Shown: positions 25,504-38,115, numbered from the stretch's first letter. The stretch: DNA of 64,000 nt from Octopus sinensis (GCF_006345805.1 NC_043000.1:119598001-119662000); one strand, 5' to 3'. Notes: generated by a model from the letters alone, not told the origin. Translations and numbers: made by a program.

Positions 25504-26917
25504 ATATATATTCATTTACTTGTTTCAGTCATTTGACTGTGGCCATGCTGGAGCACCACCTTTAGTAAAAAAAATCGACCCCTAGGACTTATTCATTGTA
25601 AGTCGAGTACTTATTCTGTCGGTATCTTTGGTTGAACCGCTAAATTATGGGGACACAAACACACCAACATTGGTTGTCATGCAATGGTGGACACACACAC
25701 ACATACATATACACAATGGGCTTCTTTCAGGTTCCTTCTACCAAATCCACTTACAAGGCTTTGGTTGACTTGAGGCTATAGTAGAAAACACTTGCCCAAG
25801 GTGCCATGTGGTTGGGAAGCAAGCTTCTTACCACACAGCTGTGCTGTGCCTATATATATATATGTATAAATATATACATATGTGTGTGTATTGAACCAAT
25901 CCTATGACTGGCACCCGGCTGATGCCAGGACCCCTGGACTGGAGATACATAAAAAGCACTATCCGAATCGTGACCGATGCCAGCGCCGCCTCGACTGGCT
26001 TCCGTGTCGGTGGCATGTAAAAAGCACCATCCGAATCGTAGCCGAAGCCAGTGCCGCCTCGACTGGCTTCCGTGCAGGTGGCACGTAAAATGCACCAATC
26101 CGACCGTGGCCAATGCCAGCCTTGCCTGGCACCAGTGCAGGTGGCACGTAAAAAGCACCCACTACACTCACAGAGTGGTTGGCGTTAGGAAGGGCATCCA
26201 GCTGTAGAAACATTGCCAGATAAGACCGGAGCCTGGTGCAGCCTTCTGGCTTCCCAGATCCCCGGTCGAACCGTCCAACCCATGCTAGCATGGAGAACGG
26301 ACGTTAAACAATGATGATGATGATGATGTGTGTGTGTATAAATGTATGTGTGTGTGTGTATAAATGTATGTGTGAGTGTGTTACTGTCTCTCTGCCTTGA
26401 TTTCGTGTGATAGTTTTAAACAAGTGTTTCTGTCATGCAAGGGGTTTCCTTTATTTCCAATCTTCTGTAAAAACATTTCTGGTCATGGGGGAATATTACC
26501 TTGCTTGGAAGGTTGGTGACAGGAAGGGCGTCCAACCATAGAAGAATCTGTCTCAGCAAATTCCTTCTGACGCATACAAGCATAGAAAAAGTTAATGTTA
26601 AAACTATGATGAGAACAGCAATAACATGTGGGCCTTTGGCAAATGTAGAGTAAAGTCAAAAAAAGGCTGTTACAAAATGAAGTTTGTGATCCCTGCTGTT
26701 GAAGTTGCTTGAACCAAAATATTGATTTGTATTGCAAATCATTCTACAGTTAGCTGATTGTTATTTGTTCTCCGATTAATAAAGAAGAGCAAGCTGTCTT
26801 ATGTGAGAGTTGCTTTAATTGAAAACACTTTCATACATCTGTCATTTAATTCACATTCTTAGGTTCTTAACTGGAGATTACAATCTTGACACAAACGTAT
26901 ATCGTTGATAATTAATC

Positions 26918-27005
26918 TGTCTGTCTGTCTGCCTGCCTGCCTGCCTGCCTGCCTGCCTATCTGTCTATCTATCTAGCTATCTATGTCTCTCTCTCTCTAT
27001 CTCTC

Positions 27006-27054
<49 letters not shown>

Positions 27055-27195
27055 ATCTATCTAAATCTATCTATCTATCTATCTATATCTATCTATATCT
27101 ATCTATCTATATCTATCTATCTATATCTATCTATATCTATCTATCTTTCTATCATCTATCTTTCTATATCTATCTATCTACCTACCTACCTACAT
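26918..27195 (+). repeat. Compound (CTGT)(CTGC)(ATCT)n microsatellite
   Basis: Read directly from sequence. Confidence 0.95.
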
Positions 27196-27586
27196 ATGCA
27201 CACACACATGCACATGTTCACATTCCACTAGCACAGGTGCTTTTATGTGCCACCAGCACAGGTGCTTTTTATATGCCATTGGCAATGGGTGCCAGGTGCA
27301 TGACACCAGCATTGGCACACACACACACAAACATGCAATCACACACATGATGGGCTTCTTTCAGTTTCCATCTACCAAATCCACTCACAAGGCTTTGGTT
27401 AGCTTGGGGCTATAGTAGAAGAGACTTATCCAAGGTTCCACAGTGTGACTAAAGACAAGACGTGTTTGGGAAGCAATTACTCAGATATGCCTGTGCCTTT
27501 CTGCCTGTGAAATCCTGCATGGTGTTGAAATACTTAATTTAATTATATAATATTATACATTATTCACAATGGACAGATAGGTTTCT

Positions 27587-28040
27587 TCACCTTGTTTGTT
27601 GTTACCACAACGTTTTGGCTGATGTACTCTCCAGCCTTCATCAGGTGTTCCTGTGGAATTTCGAATCTAACCCTTTAGTTGATTAACAGGGTACCCTGTT
27701 CTCATTCCTAAGGTATTTTTTGCTGATGTTATATGCCCACGGGCATATAGTGTAGTGGTTGAGAGCGCAGGCTGCTAACTCTAAGATTTCGGGTTCAATC
27801 CCAGGCAGTGACTTGAATAAATAATAGTAATAATACCATCAGCAAAAAATTACCTTAAGAACGAGAACAGAGTACCCCATTAGTCAGATGAAGGGTTGAG
27901 TTCAAAATTCCACCAGGACACCTGATGAAGGCTGCTCCAGCCTTCATCAGGTGTCCTGCCGCAGTGTTGTGGTAACAACAAACAAGATGGGGACACATAT
28001 CCATCCAATGTAAATAATGTACATAATTCCTCATCCATAA
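27587..28040 (+). mobile_element. tRNA-headed SINE with hammerhead-motif tail, plus an inverted tail copy at its 5' end
   Basis: Head 27741-27812; plus-strand tail 27836-28040; about 80%-similar inverted tail 27587-27730 (identity estimated by eye). Confidence 0.75.
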
Positions 28041-29849
28041 AATATAGAACAGTATATAATATTGGTTTCAAATTATGGCACAAGGCCAGCAATTTTAGTG
28101 GAGTGGGTAAGTCAATTACATTGACTCCAGTGCTCAACTGGTACTTATTTTATCGACCCTAAAAGGCAAAGTCCACCTTGGCGGCATTTAAACTCAAAAT
28201 GTAAAGACGAATGAAATGTCTCTAAGCATTTTGCCTGATGTGCTAACGATTCTGCAAGCTCATAGCCTAAGCTAATTAATTATATGATATCAATCAACAG
28301 ACTAGTTTAAATCTAACTGGTGTTAGTGGCTTGGTTAGTAATCTACTAACCAATTAAAGATTAATTGGTTAGTAGACTAATTAATTGTCTCCCTACTAAT
28401 ATTTAGTCAACCATTAATCTATTAAATTAATCAGTAGATTAAAGATTAATTTACTAATTAAACTTAAACCAACTAATTAAATGTAGATTAATGATTAATT
28501 AGAATTGAATTAAATCTGCTGTTAGCAGATAGAAATAAATATTTTCTGTGATTAGCAAAAAAAAAAATAATTTGAACAGAGAAACATTTATACAATGTTT
28601 AGTCTGGAGTTAAGGAATGGAATATTTTAAGAGTAGTTTGGTTGTGTCCAACCAGTTTTAAGGTTTAGCAATGATCTTTGTAGTTTCTCTGAGATTGGTG
28701 AGTTTGATTTGGTTGATGTTTAGTTTGATCATAATATCCATCCATGCGTTTTGGTTTCCCACTAGTTTTAAAAGGGTCGTGGTGGTTGAGCTCTCAAGAA
28801 TCTACTCCATAGGGCCCTTTCGGAAACAACCATCGTTAAATTTTCCTGTTGGATTCCCAAAGGCGACCAATCATCAAGTAACTTGCAAGACAATACTCCA
28901 CCCCCACCTCAACTAAAGTGGGTGGTGGGTCTAGTACTGAGGGGGGTGACTTTGTGCCAAGTAAGCAAAAATGGTAACTGGCCTTGTGAGTCCCAAGAAA
29001 AGTGAAAGAAAAAATATTGGAAGAAGCATTAAGGAAACTACTATGATAAAATTTTAAAATTCTGATCTCTTGACTCTTAACTTGTGCATTCAAGCTGTAA
29101 ATCGAAGATGAAATCTTTAAAGCTATTTCTCACTAGCGGTATTGCCCGGCATTGCTTGGGTTTTGACACTTTAGAATTGGAATTTTTGAAAAGTAAAAAT
29201 ATTGCATTATGTAGCTTGTTATTCTCTTTAAGTGAACATTTTTCTAGTTGAAATACGCCCAAAAATGGCGAAACAGCAGTAAAAAAATCGTAAAAAATAG
29301 GTATTTTCATAGAAGAAAAAGCACCTTTTAGATGTAAATAATTTCTGGTGTTAACATGGTCAGATTTGAATTTTTTCTTCTACAAAAGGAAGAGCAAGCA
29401 TTCTTCTATCATACTCTCAGTTTTAGTCAACTTGCGCCGCAGGGTCTCGGAGGAGATAGTGTTAGTTGAAGGCTACCAAACCGGCCATACACAGACAACT
29501 TCAGCTTTATATATAGAGAGATTAAGTTCCAATTCTTAATTAAGAAATTCATATTTGTTTTCACTAAGGTGGCGAGCTGGCAGAATCCTTACCACACCAG
29601 ACAAAATGCTTAATGTTATTTCTTCTGTTTCCATGTTCTGAGTTCAAATTCTGTCACGGTTAACTTCGCCTTTCATCTTTTTGGGGGCTTCATAAATTAA
29701 GTACCAATTCAACATTGGTGTTGGTGTAATCAACTTAACCACCCCCACCCCTAATTGTTGGCCTTCTACCAGAATTTGAAATCAAATCTTTGTTTTTACT
29801 TTCCAGATCTTATTAAGCTATTTCTTTTTCCTTGTTTTACTTCCTGCAG

Positions 29850-29899
29850 ATCGTTCACTCCGACCATTATTTCCTCAAGGATTTTGCAATGAAACTCAG
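29850..29899 (+). CDS. PNPT1: PNPT1 exon 5
   Basis: TTCCTGCAG / GTAAAT; 50 nt; (D)RSLRPLFPQGFCNETQ. Confidence 0.97.
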
Positions 29900-29943
29900 G
29901 TAAATTGCCATTTTTTTTAAATGTCATTTTTACAGTGCATGTT

Positions 29944-29978
<35 letters not shown>

Positions 29979-30205
29979 TATTATTGATCAATAGTGAAAG
30001 AGTGAAAGCAGTTCTGAATTATTTCTATATTAAAACCTAAATATATTATGATATATTGACACAGGCATGGCTGTGCGATAAGAAGTTTGCTTCACAAACA
30101 AGTTCTGAGTTTTGTCCCACTGTGTGGCATCTGGGGTGAGTGTCTTCTTGCCGAAGCCATGCAAGTGGATTTGGTAAACAGAATCTGAAAGAAGCTTGTG
30201 GTGTG

Positions 30206-30248
<43 letters not shown>

Positions 30249-31123
30249 TCTAGTGAAGGTGCATGGTTAGAGCGTCGAGCTTACGATCATGAGGTTGTGA
30301 GCTCAAATCCTGGACCGGGCTGCGTGTAGTGTTCTTGAGCAAGACACTTTATTTCACATTGCTCCAGTTCACTCAACTGTAGAAATGAGTTGCGACGTCA
30401 CAGGTGCCAAGCTGTATCAGCCCCTTTGCCTTTCCCTTGGATAACACTGGTGGCATGGAGAGGGGAGGCCGGTATGCATGGGAGACTGCTGGTCTTCCAT
30501 GAACAACCTTGCTCGAACTTGTGCCTGGGAGGGTAACTTTCTAGGTCGTGACTGAAGGGGGTCTCAGAGATATATATATATATATATATCATCATCATCA
30601 TTTAATGTCCGCTTCTCATACTAGCATGGGTTGGATAGTTTGACTGAGGACTGGCAAACCAGATGGCTGCAACAGGCTCTAATCTAATCTGGCAGAGTTT
30701 CTACGGCTGGATGCCCTTCCTAATGCCAACCACTCCGAGAGTGTAGTGGGTGCTTTTATGTGCCACCGGCACGAGGGCCAGTCAGGCGGTTCTGGCAACG
30801 GCCATATATATATATATAAAATAAAAAATACACATTGTGTACAAGACATCACCAATGAGTGAAAAATACGTAAACACATGAGAGATAAGTACAGGACAAA
30901 ATACCAAAAGAAGACAACTCCTCCTCATCAGTGGTTGGACTGTTTATTACTCCTTATTTCATGCTTTTAACAACAATATAGGGAACTTCAAAAGACAGCA
31001 GCATCCAGAAATTGTAAAAATATAAAATTCACAGAGAGTTAGAGCTTTGAATGAACAAACATTAAGGGCCGTTAGGTCAATATGAAATGTAATCAGTAAT
31101 GTCTAGGAAAAATTTTTTTCAAG

Positions 31124-31520
31124 GCGCAGGAGTGGCTGTGTGGTAAGTAGCTTGCTTACCGACCACATAGTTCTGGGTTCAGTCCCTCTGCATGGCACCT
31201 TGGGCAAGTGTCTTCTACTATAGCCTTAGGCTTACAAGAGCCTTGTGAGTGGATCTAGTAGAAGGAAACTGAAGGAAGCTCGTCGTATATATGTATATGT
31301 TTATATATATGAGTGTGTGTCTGTGTTTGTCCCCACCAACATCACTTGATAACCGATGCTGGTGTGTTTACATCCCCGTAACTTAGCAGTTTGGCAAAAG
31401 AGACCAATAGAATAAGTACTATGCTTACAAAGAATGAGTCCTGGGGTCAATTTTCTTGACTAAAGGCGGTGCTCCAGCATGGCCACAGTTAAATGACTGA
31501 AACAAGTAAAAGAGTAAAGA
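31124..31520 (+). mobile_element. tRNA-derived SINE family B (about 400 bp, internal AT/GT microsatellite)
   Basis: Head AGGCGCAGGAGTGGCTGTGTGGTAAG..GGGTTCAGTCCC (A/B boxes), tail GACTGAAACAAGTAAAAGAG. Copies at about 3143-3551(-), 16735-17130(-), 25510-25850(-), 33545-33925, 41390-41790, 47100-47400, 48045-48430(-), 52035-52440, 56105-56480, 58120-58540 and 63350-63570(-). Confidence 0.85.
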
Positions 31521-31562
31521 GAAACTGAAATTATATATAATTGTTAGAACTTTATATATATA

Positions 31563-31837
31563 TGAAGACTTTTATTCGAACAAATCAACTTCAGTATTTT
31601 TATGTTAAGTCAGGCACTTATTCTATCAGTCTCCTTTTCTGAACTGCTAAGTTACAGGGATGTAAACAAACAAACACCAGTTATCAAACAGTGATATGGA
31701 CAAATACAGACACAAAGACACACATACACATGCATATACATGTATACATACATATATATATATATATTATATATATATATATATAATATATATATATATA
31801 TAGATATATATAGATATATAGATATATATATATATAT

Positions 31838-31928
<91 letters not shown>

Positions 31929-32059
31929 TAGATAGATAGATAGAGATAGATAGATAGATAGATAGAGATAGATATATAGAGATAGATAGATAGATAGATA
32001 GAGATAGATATATAGAGATAGATAGATAGATATATAGATATAGATAGATATAGATAGAT

Positions 32060-32103
<44 letters not shown>

Positions 32104-32304
32104 ATATATATATATATGTATGTATACATGTATATGCATGTGTATGTGTGTCTTTGTGTCTGTATTTGTCCATATCACTGTTTGATAACTGGTGTTTGTT
32201 TGTTTACATCCCTGTAACTTAGCAGTTCAGAAAGAGACTGATAGAATAAGTGCCTGACTTAACATAAAAATACTGAAGTTGATTTGTTCGACTAAAAGTC
32301 TTCA
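31563..32304. repeat. About 200-bp inverted duplication around an (AT)n/(AGAT)n microsatellite
   Basis: 31563-31760 is the near-exact reverse complement of 32107-32304. Confidence 0.92.
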
Positions 32305-32360
32305 AAGAAGTGCCCCAGCATGGCCGCAGTTTAATGACTGAAACAAGTACACAATAAAAG

Positions 32361-32414
<54 letters not shown>

Positions 32415-32941
32415 TCTCTCTTACTCTCTCGCATAGACATATGTATATATGCACGTGTATGCGCATATATGTTTGTGTGTGTGTGTATGAAAGCATTGAT
32501 GCTTGTCAAATGTATCCTTACTATCTTGCTGCTCTCCCTCCACCCATTTCCTCCTGTACCCCTCTATCCTTCCTCTGACTCATGACTTATCTGTCATCAC
32601 CCGGCTATCTTTCCCAACATTTTTTTTTAACAGTTGCAGTCTGTCTCCCTATTCCCTCATCTCCTGTTCCCCATGCAATCTTGCAACCCTTCACTTAAAC
32701 CCACCCATCTATTTCTACTCACCTTGAGCCTTGAGGGGCCACCTGGACACCTGATTTCCAGTATCTATCTCCTTGCAGCTCCTCTTCATCATTCTCTCCC
32801 TCTCTCCTACAAAATGTAAGGAACCTTGCAATACAAGCACCCACTCTTCCCCCTCCTGCTCTCATGCTTCATCCTCTCATCCCCTATCATAAAGCTGGTC
32901 TCCACTTCTCCTTTGGGGTTTGTAGTCTTTTGAGCTGCATG

Positions 32942-33350
32942 GTCAGGGCCGGATTCAAACCCATCGAGGCCCTAAGGACTTAAAAGATTTTGGTGCCCCC
33001 ATAGAAGATTATGTAATTCAAAATATAAACAATAACAAACCATAAAATAAGTTTTTATTTTTCTAAACGAAACAAAACAATAAGAGGGAAAATAATGTTT
33101 ATTTTTGTATATTTCCACTTTATTTCTATTTGAAAAGTTTCCTCCTACTTTTTTGAATTGCAAAGTCTTTGATCAGATCCCCAGAATTAATCTTAGGCAA
33201 CACATCTGCGTCTATACTCAGTAGAGATTTTATAGTTATAGATAAAAGCATCCCGAATATTATTTTAGTAAGTTTAAAGTGATTTCTTTTGTGCCGTAAA
33301 CTATTTACTATTTCTGTGGTGCTCCCTCCTTCCCTTGATGCCCTAAGCAC
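32942..33350 (-). mobile_element. hAT transposon 3' remnant
   Basis: CAGGGCCGGATT terminus; minus ORF ..LLSIDADVLPKINSGDLIKDFAIQKSRRKLF resembles the hAT dimerisation-domain C-terminus. Confidence 0.7.
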
Positions 33351-34219
33351 GAGCTTATTTTGCTTAATGGGGACCTCAATTGTGCTGGAAGCATGAAAAA
33401 AGTGTCCAGTGTATGCTGTGATGACTGGACCCTGGTGCAGCTCTCTGGCTGGCCAGCTCCAGTCAAACTGTCCTACCCATGCCAGTATGGAAACTGGTTG
33501 TTAAATGATGGTGATGATATGTATAGGTATGTGTTAGCATAGGCATAAGAGTGGCTGTGTGGTAAGTAGCTTGCTTACAAACCACATGGTTCCGAGTTCA
33601 GTGCCACTGCGTAGCACCTTGGGCAAGTGTCTTCTACTTTAGCCTCGGGCCGACCAAAGTCTTGTGAGTGGATTTGATAGATGGAAACTGAAAGAAGCCT
33701 GTCGTATATATGCATATATATATATGTGTGTCTGTGTTTGTACCCCCAACATTGCTTGACAACCGATGCTAGTGTGTTTACGTCCCTGTAACTTAGCAGT
33801 TCGACAAAAGAGACCGATAGAATAAGTACTAGGCTTACAAAGAATAAGTCCTGGGATCGATTTCCTCAACTAAAGGTGGTGCTCTAGCATTGCCACAGTC
33901 AAATGACTGAAACAAGTAAAAGAGTGTGTGCGTGTGCGGTCATTTCAGTCTCTAGACTAGGTGGTGTTTTGTGGTCTTGAGTAAAGTGCTTTATCTCATG
34001 TTGTTATGTGTTCACTTCAACACCTGATGCATGGTACACTGAGCGCCTATTCAGACATTGTTGATTTGATGGAGAGAGTAAGCAAATGTGCGGCACAAAC
34101 ATTTGATCACTATAAACAAATCATTTATATAGTTCATTCGGCAAAAGCTGAATGCTCATGTTTCATCTTCAACAGGAGTATCCATCATATATATATATCA
34201 ACTTCTACGCTGGAGTAAG

Positions 34220-34528
34220 AACAGCATGTTCTTTGTCTATCTCCTTAACTTCTTGGAGAATTTAGGTATAATTATACTAATGTGTCCATCTTTTCTAATT
34301 TAATTAAATTCCATGTCTTTGTGCAGCTGAAGATTGCTCTGCATTTTAAATTGATGTAATGATTGCATTGATGTAATAGTTGCATGAAACTATTGTACTG
34401 CATTACCTCTGGATATCCTTGTTGCTTGTTTTGATTTTAATCATCTTATTTTGAAATTGTATGGATAATACCGTACTAAATTCTGGTGCCTCAACTTAAG
34501 TACTATATTCATCTGAATCTAAATTTTT

Positions 34529-34530
<2 letters not shown>
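34220..34530 (+). repeat. Unclassified interspersed repeat; second copy at about 63600-63860
   Basis: Shared GCATTACCTCTGGATATCCTTGTTGC..CATCTGAATCTAAATTTTTG. Confidence 0.75.
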
Positions 34531-34565
<35 letters not shown>

Positions 34566-35953
34566 TTGTAGAACCATTTAGCATTGTCATTATCTTTCTG
34601 AAGGGGGTCATATTCTGCGTGTCAAAAGAGGTTACTAAAAAATTGGTCTCAAGAAGGGCTTCCTGTCATAAAACACTACCGCAAAAGATCACATCCAATC
34701 CATGCCTCCTTAGGAAAGCAAAAAAAAAAAAAAATTAATAAAAGAAGTTACACCATTTATATAACCCAAATTACAAAGATAAACAACAATTAATTAATGC
34801 AGGTGAAAGAAATATAAACAAGAACTTCACCTTGAGAAGTATTTTGAAGTGCCTATGTCTAACGGGTTTTTCAACTAAGGGAAGTGAAGTATTGATTTTT
34901 GTGGAAGGAAAATCAAATCTGATTTGAATGCAACAGAAGAAGATGTTACATAAGGACAATATAATGAAAGAATGATGTGATAAAGCGAGAGAGAGAGAGA
35001 ATGGTAGGGGAACAGGTGGAGAAAGAAAGTCAGCAGGTTTTCATAACAGATTTTAGATAATTTTTCCAATTTTTTCATATTCAATAATTAATTGCTTTCA
35101 TAGCTGTGCTGGTAGCTTGCATATTGTTGTTCTTGCATGGTGTGTGTCTGGTTTATGCAATGCATAACCTACAAAGTGGAATCAGTGCTACTTAACGATG
35201 TCTGCTAATGATCCTCTGCTTGTGTATGATCTTAATTATCCTTTGTAGACAACTTCGATAGAATACATCCAGCAACTCTGTGTACAACCTCTGTGCCATT
35301 TTGTATCTTTCCAACAATAGTCTTGAAGAATAGTTTTGTCCAGAGATGTTGTTTGACCAATTACCTGAGTTAATCAAAAAAAGCTTGCAATAGTGGAGTA
35401 AAAATCCTTCAACCTTAAAGTAAAAATGGAAAATACAGACATACATTTTCTATCATTATCATCATCATCGTTTAATGTCCATTTTCCATGCCGGCATGGG
35501 TTGGACAGTTTGACTGGGGTCTGGGAAACCAGGAGGCTGCACCAGGCTCCAATCTGATCTGGCAGTGTTTCTACAGCTGGATGCTCTTCCAAGAGTGTAG
35601 TGGGTGCTTTTTACGTAGCATTGGCACAGGGGCCTGGGGATCTGGCATCAACTACAATCGAATGGTGCTTTTTACCTGCCACCAGCATGGAAGCCAGTCA
35701 AAGCGGCACTATATATATATATATATATATATACTGGCTGAAGCTTTGAAGTAATTGTCAACAACATTCCTGATTAAGAATAAACTTGCTGTCTACAAAA
35801 GTGTAGAATAATCCCTCAGAGTATAGAGTAACCCTTGCTCTTTACGTAGCACCAGTACCCTTCTTGGGCAAGCATTACCAAAGTGACACATATATATATA
35901 GATTGTTAACCACTACACACTTTTTTCTCTCCTTGTTTTTTTTTTCTGTATCC

Positions 35954-35989
35954 CTTTCTGTAGAAGAGCGTAGGCTCGAAACTTAAAAG
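35954..35989 (+). ncRNA. Degenerate minimal hammerhead motif, third family
   Basis: CTTT-CTGTAGA-A-GAGC-GTAG-GCTC-GAAAC-TTA-AAAG. Confidence 0.5.
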
Positions 35990-36529
35990 ACTTTTTCTAT
36001 TCCTGAGCATTATACTAATACATCTGTTTGTTTTGTACACCACCTGTCTTCGTCTTTTGTTTTTTTCATAAACTCTCCCTATATATATATCACTTGTTTG
36101 GAAGTAAGTGAGGGTTGATGACAAGAAGGGCATCTGTTGTAGGAAGTCAGCTTGAATAAAAATTCTGTTTGACCCACACAAGCAGGGAAACGTAATATGA
36201 AATAATGATGATATATCATTATCATTTAACATCTATTGCCCATGCTAGTATGGGTCAGATGATTTGATCAGAGCTGGCAAGCTGCAAGGCTGCAACAGAC
36301 TCCAGTCTGATTTGGCATGGTTTGTACAGCTGGATGTCTTTCCTAATGCCAACCACTCAGAGTTTATGATTTGTCTGCTTTCCTACTTACTAATATACAC
36401 ATACATCAACCAAATCAAAATAGATGAACATCAATGGAATTTGTATCCTTGTGGTACCAGTGGTACCATAAGAAAACCATCCGAACGGGACCGTAGCCAG
36501 TACCGCATTGACTGGCCTCCGTGCTGTGG

Positions 36530-36912
36530 GCACGTAACAAACACCATCCGATTGTGGCCATTCGCCAGCCTCGTCTGGCACCTGTGTCGGTGGCACATAA
36601 GAAAACACCGAAAACACCATCCGAGCGTGGCCGTCTGCCAGCCTCGTCTGGCACCTGTGTCGGTGGCACATAAAAAACACCATCCGAGCGTGGCCGTCTG
36701 CCAGCCTCGTCTGGCACCTGTGTCGGTGGCACATAAAAAACACCATCCGAGCGTGGCCGTCTGGCACCTGTGTCGGTGGCACATAAAAAACACCATCCGA
36801 GCGTGGCCGTCTGCCAGCCTTGTCTGGCACCTGTGTCGGTGGCATATAAAAAACACCATCCGAGCGTGGCCGTCTGCCAGCCTCGTCTGGCACCTGTGTC
36901 GGTGGCACATAA
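36530..36912 (+). repeat. Tandem array of about 63 bp inside a family A SINE
   Basis: AAAAAACACCATCCGAGCGTGGCCGTCTGCCAGCCTCGTCTGGCACCTGTGTCGGTGGCACAT, about 6 near-identical units, one internally deleted. Confidence 0.9.
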
Positions 36913-37191
36913 ATTCACCCACTACACTCTTGGAGTTGTTGGCGTTAGGAAGGCCATCCAGCTGTAGAAACACTGCCAGATCTGACTGGCCTGGTGCAGC
37001 CTTCGGGCTTGCCAGACCCCAGTTGAACTGTCCAACCCATGCTAGCATGGAAAGCTGACGTTAAACGATGATGATGATGATACATACATAGACAGATACA
37101 CATACAGTCATGCATGTATACATTTATTGCCAAAATCATTCTTGTTTTAATCACCGATATATCATATCTTTTTTGTTTCCTTTCATTCTAG

Positions 37192-37255
37192 CTGATGTGT
37201 AATTTGCTGTCAGTTGATGGTGATAACAATCCTGATGTCCTTAGCATTAATGCAG
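37192..37255 (+). CDS. PNPT1: PNPT1 exon 6
   Basis: TTTCATTCTAG / GTAAGA; 64 nt; LMCNLLSVDGDNNPDVLSINA. Confidence 0.97.
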
Positions 37256-37280
37256 GTAAGATTCTGTTTTATTTTAATTA

Positions 37281-37792
37281 CCGTAAATCCTTGAGTATAG
37301 TTCGCCCTTGAGTATAATACGCTGGGGAATTTTAGGGATCTGTACCTCTGAAAAACCTAAACCTTGTGTATAATACGCACCCCTTCTCTAACTTGAGTCA
37401 AGGAGGTCTATGTAACGTCCTTGGTTTGTAAAAATGTATATGGTAACGTCCTTTATTATTATTGTATACATAACATAACACAAACGTGCAGCTTTTTTGT
37501 GCATTTTGTTTGCAGAAAATAAAGAAATAACAGTAATAACGTTTAATAAATGTTGCTTACTGCAAGTTATGGATGATTCTTTTATGACTTCATTGATTTC
37601 AGGCTTAGCTTAAGGTATTTTCGCGCCCGACATCACGAAATGCGTCTGAATAAACATTTCTGGACAGCAAATAGAGACTCGGACATTGCTTAGAAAATAT
37701 TTTTCCTTTTTAACCTCTTATAAAGTATGCACTGGGGATTTTGACCATTAAATTTTGGGGAAAAAATGCGGATTATACTCGAGGATTTACAG
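37281..37792. mobile_element. Tc1/pogo-like MITE 25 nt downstream of the exon 6 donor
   Basis: TA|CCGTAAATCCTTGAGTATAG ... TTATACTCGAGGATTTACAG|TA inverted termini. Confidence 0.75.
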
Positions 37793-38115
37793 TATTCAAC
37801 TTAATTATGTGCCATGTTGTTGTTGCTACTTAGCTCTAGACCTGTCTCATGTCAGACTTATTTCTAGTATGATGAGGGACAAAGTAGAATCTCACTTGTT
37901 GGTTTGCTGTGTGTGCTCTGTACAGGAGCATAACAATAGTTACTTAACCCTTTCATTACCAACCCAGCTAAAACCGGCTCTGGTTCTAGTATAAATGTTT
38001 TCTTTTCATAAGTTTTCAATTAAAATCTTACACCAAATCTTAGTCACAATTTATGTTCTTAACACTAGCTTAATGATAACTAAGTTATTTTACTAAAGTC
38101 TTTGTTATATTTAAA

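Noticed and set aside
27741-27812. tRNA-Ser(GCT)-like sequence
   Set aside because: Acceptor stem is not closed, other copies read ACT at the anticodon, and it is always attached to the same tail: a SINE head, not a tRNA gene.
36530-36912. CRISPR-like regular repeats
   Set aside because: Eukaryotic intron, no unique spacers, no cas genes.
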